From Eledone cirrhosa (lineage: Eukaryota), in NCBI GenBank assembly GCA_964016885.1, contig OZ024755.1, positions 17,794,001 through 17,858,000 on the forward strand: DNA of 64,000 bases. Reading direction: 5' to 3'. Below the pieces are notes generated by a model. That model searched no databases and was not told the origin of the DNA. It saw only the letters and a list, made by a program, of their open reading frames with translations. How positions within the stretch are numbered: position 1 is the first letter of the stretch; the number at the start of each line of letters is the position of its first letter. The translations under genes and the position numbers were made by a program. Of the stretch, positions 1 through 64,000 are shown piece after piece.

Positions 1-41
1 TAGTCATTAAGTCATTTTATTTACATATTGTTAATATGAAG

Positions 42-2349
42 ACATACACAGTAAACTGACGCACACAGACACACCAACACACCAACACACATACACACAG
101 AGACACCAACACACATACACACAGACACACCAACACACATACACACAGAGACACCAACACACAGACACACCAACACACATACACACAGACACACCAACAC
201 ACATCCACACAGACAGAGACACCAACACACACACACACAGAGACACCAACACACATACACACAGAGACACCAACACACATACACACAGACACACCAACAC
301 ACATACACACAGACACACAGAGACACCAACACACAGACACACCAACACACATACACACAGAGACACCAACACACATACACACAGACACACCAACACACAT
401 ACACACAGACACACAGAGACACCAACACACATACACACAGACACACCAACACACATACACACAGAGACACCAACACACATACACACAGAGACACCAACAC
501 ACATACACACAGACACACCAACACACATACACACCAACACACATACACACAGACACACAGAGACACCAACACACATACACACAGACACACCAACACACAT
601 ACACACAGACACACAGAGACACCAACACACAGACATACCAACACACATACACACAGAGACACCAACACACATACACACAGACACACCAACACACATACAC
701 ACAGACACACAGACACCAACACACATACACACAGACACACCAACACACATACACACAGACACACAGAGACACCAACACACAGACACACCAACACACATAC
801 ACACAGACACACCAACACACATCCACACAGACAGAGACACCAACACACACACAGAGACACCAACACACATACACAGAGACACCAACACATACACACAGAC
901 ACCAACACACATACACACAGAGACACCAACACACACACAGAGACACCAATACACACACACAGACACACCAACACACATACACACAGACACACCAACACAC
1001 AGAGACACCAACACACATACACACAGAGACACCAACACACATACATACAGACACACCAACACACACACACATACATACAAACACATCAACACACATACAC
1101 ACACACAGAGACACCAACACACATACACACACACAGAGACACCAACACACATACACACAGAGACACCAACACACATACACACAGAGACACCAATACACAT
1201 ACACACAGAGACACCAACACACATACACACAGACACACCAACACACAGAGACACCAACACACATACACACAGAGACACCAACACACATACATACAGACAC
1301 ACCAACACACACACACATACATACAAACACACCAACACACATACACACACACAGAGACACCAACACACATACACACACACAGAGACACCAACACACATAC
1401 ACACAGAGACACCAACACACATACACACAGAGACACCAACACACATACACACAGAGACACCAATACACATACACACAGAGACACCAACACACATACACAC
1501 AGACACACCAACACACAGAGACACCAACACACATACACACAGAGACACCAACACACATACATACAGACACACCAACACACACACACATACATACAAACAC
1601 ACCAACACACATACACACACACAGAGACACCAACACACATACACACACACAGAGACACCAACACACATACACACAGAGACACCAACACACATACACACAG
1701 AGACACCAATACACATACACACAAAGACACCAACACACATACACACAGAGACACCAACACACATACACACAGAGACACCAACACACATACACACTGAGAC
1801 ACCAACACACATACACACAGAGACACCAACACACATACACACAGACACCAATACACTTACACACACACAGAGACACCAACACACACACAGAGACACCAAC
1901 ACACATACACAGAGACACCAACACAGACATACACACAGACACCAACACACATACACACAGAGACACCAACACACATACACACAGAGACACCAACACACAT
2001 ACACACAGACACACCAACACACATACACACAGAGATACCAACACACATACACACATACACCAATACACATATACACACACAGAGACACTAACACAGACAT
2101 ACACTGACTCACACAGATACCATTACATAGACACACAGACTCCAACACACACAGACACACATATACAGACACCAACACACACAAACACCAACACACCCAC
2201 ACAGACACACGTACACATACATAGACATAGGCACATAAACAGACACAGACGCTGACACAAACTGACCCAAACACACAAAAATCAACACACAGAAACACAC
2301 ACACACCAACAAACACACACATATACGCTGACACACATACATACATACA
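42..2349. repeat. CA-rich compound satellite (about 24-bp unit acacacatacacacagagacacca)
   Basis: Directly visible tandem array; the C/V-rich ORFs are artefacts of it. Confidence 0.95.
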
Positions 2350-3257
2350 ACTGGCTTCTTTAGAATTTACATTTATAATAATAAAAATAATGGTGCAGAT
2401 GATGGTGATGGTGGTGGTGATGGTGATGATGATGTTTTCTGTTAAACTTCAAACTGCCTCAAGTCATTTAATTTGTGTTTTTATAAACTACCGTTCAAGT
2501 TTTAATTCATGACACTTATCTGACAAATCTCATGATCAGCTTTCACCCTTCATTATTTTTATATGTGATGCTAGTATGGGCTGGACAAGATTTTTTGAGG
2601 TAGTTTTTTTCTATAACCAAAGGACCTGTTTGATGCCAGCCCATAACATTTTTGTTAGCTACCATTCAAGTCTTAATTCATGACAACTTCAGTCATTTTA
2701 ATTCATATTCCTTCTGTCATGCCAAGAACATGACAGCATCCCTAGTGTTGTGTTTGGTGATCTACACGATAAATGCACTCAGTACATGCTGAAAAGTGGT
2801 TGGTGATAGGAAGGGCATCCAGTCATAGAAAGCTTGCCAAACGAAGGTGTTGGGAGGACCCTTCAGTTGTGTCAAAAACATAACAACCTCTCCTGTGCAC
2901 TCAGTAGAACATGAGACTGCACATAAGCGAGTTGCAGGTCTCTGGCCTGACTGGGGGATCTATAGCCACACTTCAGTACTGTCTTGGTCCATGTAGTCCC
3001 ATCTAACCTTTCCGAGCAGAGAAAGCAGGCATTAAAATGATGATTATGATGATGATGATGATGACACTTATCTCACAAATCTCATGATCAGCTTTCATTC
3101 ATCATAATTTTTATATTTCATGCAGGCATGGGCTGGACAAGATTTTTTGAGGTAGTTCTTCAATGACCGGTCAAGCCCACCCTTGTATAATATAGTCAGA
3201 AAATACACTTTCTAAAAAAAAGACAATATGGCCACACATTGTTAGAATGCCATTTAA

Positions 3258-3468
3258 CCCTTTAGCATTTAAACCAGCCATATCTGGCCAGAATTGTCTC
3301 ACCTCTTTCTGTTCAAACTGACCATAACTGGTCACTTATACCAATATTAAGTTATTGTTCTCAAAATAAATAATATCAAAATTTCATAGATTCAATATTA
3401 TGTGAGATAAAGCCTTTGCCATAAAAATACAATAGTATATATATAGAGTACTGTGGAATGTTAAAGGG
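3258..3468. mobile_element. piggyBac-like MITE (TTAA|CCCTTTAGCATT...AATGTTAAAGGG|TTAA); about 12 copies in window
   Basis: TTAA TSD, CCC/GGG termini, TIRs. Other copies at 14871, 16287, 25166, 32591, 35782, 40323, 54780, 59437, 59913, 62195 and 63780. Confidence 0.8.
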
Positions 3469-3850
3469 TTAAACATTTTGAAAAAATCAAAGGAGGTGTA
3501 TTTCATAAAAGTCATGGTTACAAAATGGTTAAACTGTTGCAGGTGGCCTAGTGCAGGAAGGACACATGCATAACAGGACTCTTTGACCGACAGTAAACAA
3601 CAACAACAGAAGTAGTAGTAGCAACATTCAAAATAACTATCACAATAGCATCATCATCATCGTCGTCGTTTAACGTCCATGTTCCACGCTAGCATGGGTT
3701 AGATGGGTTTGTCCCATTTAGAAGCAAGTATATATAGATAGTAATGTGGAATACTAAAGGGTTAACACAGGTCTCTTTGACCAGCTGTAAACAACAACAA
3801 CAACAGAAGCAGTAGTAGCAACATTAAAAATAACTATCAGTTTACATAAC

Positions 3851-3880
3851 AGGTGTTGGATGAATACTGCTTGCACTTTT
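3851..3880 (-). CDS. Possible small exon (KSASSIHPTP)
   Basis: attttctatgCAG acceptor in phase 0; donor weak or ambiguous. Confidence 0.25.
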
Positions 3881-4185
3881 CTGCATAGAAAATATTGATT
3901 GATTTTTCAGCGTTTACACACAAACCACTCTCACATTCACTTTAGTCTGTGCTCAATGGTCTAGCTTCCACTCTCTAACACTTCTCTTTCATACTAACAA
4001 TGTTTTCTTTAATTATTAATGTTATATATATGAAATACAAAGATAGATATATTTCTTTATTAGCCACAAGGGCACACAAGAAAAGGGGACAATACAAAGA
4101 CATGCCGGGGATTTTAAATACAGTCGTGTAAAAAATATAAAAACAAACAATTACAACAAGTTTGTTTACTCTGGAGTAATGTAAA

Positions 4186-4377
4186 ATAATTGTTTTTACT
4201 TTTGGCACAAGGCCATCAATTACCCAGTACATTACTGGTACTTTATTTTATCAACCCCGTAAGGATGAAAGGCAAAGTTAACCTCGGCGGGATTTGATCT
4301 CAGAATGGCAAGGGCCGTAACTCTATACGTCAAAGCATAGCATCCGACCCTCTACCGATACTGCCAATCCACCGCCC
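4186..4377 (-). mobile_element. tRNA-derived SINE family A
   Basis: A-box/B-box head and conserved ctttgcctttcatccttacggggtcgataaaataaagtaccag core; many copies in the window. Confidence 0.85.
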
Positions 4378-4569
4378 ACTGCATCAAACATTAATGATGA
4401 TGATGATGATGATGATTTGCCAAAAGTAAAAACAGAATCAAGGAAAACTCAAAACGGAACATTTGTCCCCTAAATTTCTCACTTTTTTACATCAACCCCA
4501 CTTCTTAGTCGGGTAGACATTTTATCTATGGATCATGTAGTTGAATAAAGCTATATTTATTCTACTCAC

Positions 4570-64000
<59,431 letters not shown>

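Noticed and set aside
17-2346. Long C/V-rich ORFs (up to 771 aa)
   Set aside because: Translation of a TG-rich satellite that lacks stop codons; open in all three frames

Overview
AT-rich, microsatellite- and SINE-dense animal genomic DNA, most consistent with an octopus/coleoid cephalopod (inferred from the SINE repertoire). The whole window lies inside one minus-strand multi-exon gene for a WDR87/WDR97-family WD40 protein. I reconstructed about 27 exons by hand from splice signals and codon phases. The gene starts beyond 64000, includes a probable GC-AG intron, and has an ambiguous low-complexity C-terminal part near 4-14 kb. The introns hold tRNA-derived SINEs, RTE/CRE/L1-type LINE fragments, piggyBac-, hAT- and mariner-type MITEs, a clean non-autonomous Helitron and several minisatellites. 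Most unusual are (1) a head-to-head palindrome of a 72-nt tRNA-like cloverleaf (GGA anticodon, short variable arm) whose core is amplified into a 7 x 58-bp array at 28.3-29.1 kb, and (2) a set of foldback elements, mostly embedded in (TA)n, carrying minimal hammerhead-ribozyme motifs, the best inside an apparently perfect 173-bp palindrome at 23 kb. Most long ORFs in the supplied track are repeat artefacts. All calls are manual and unverified by search.
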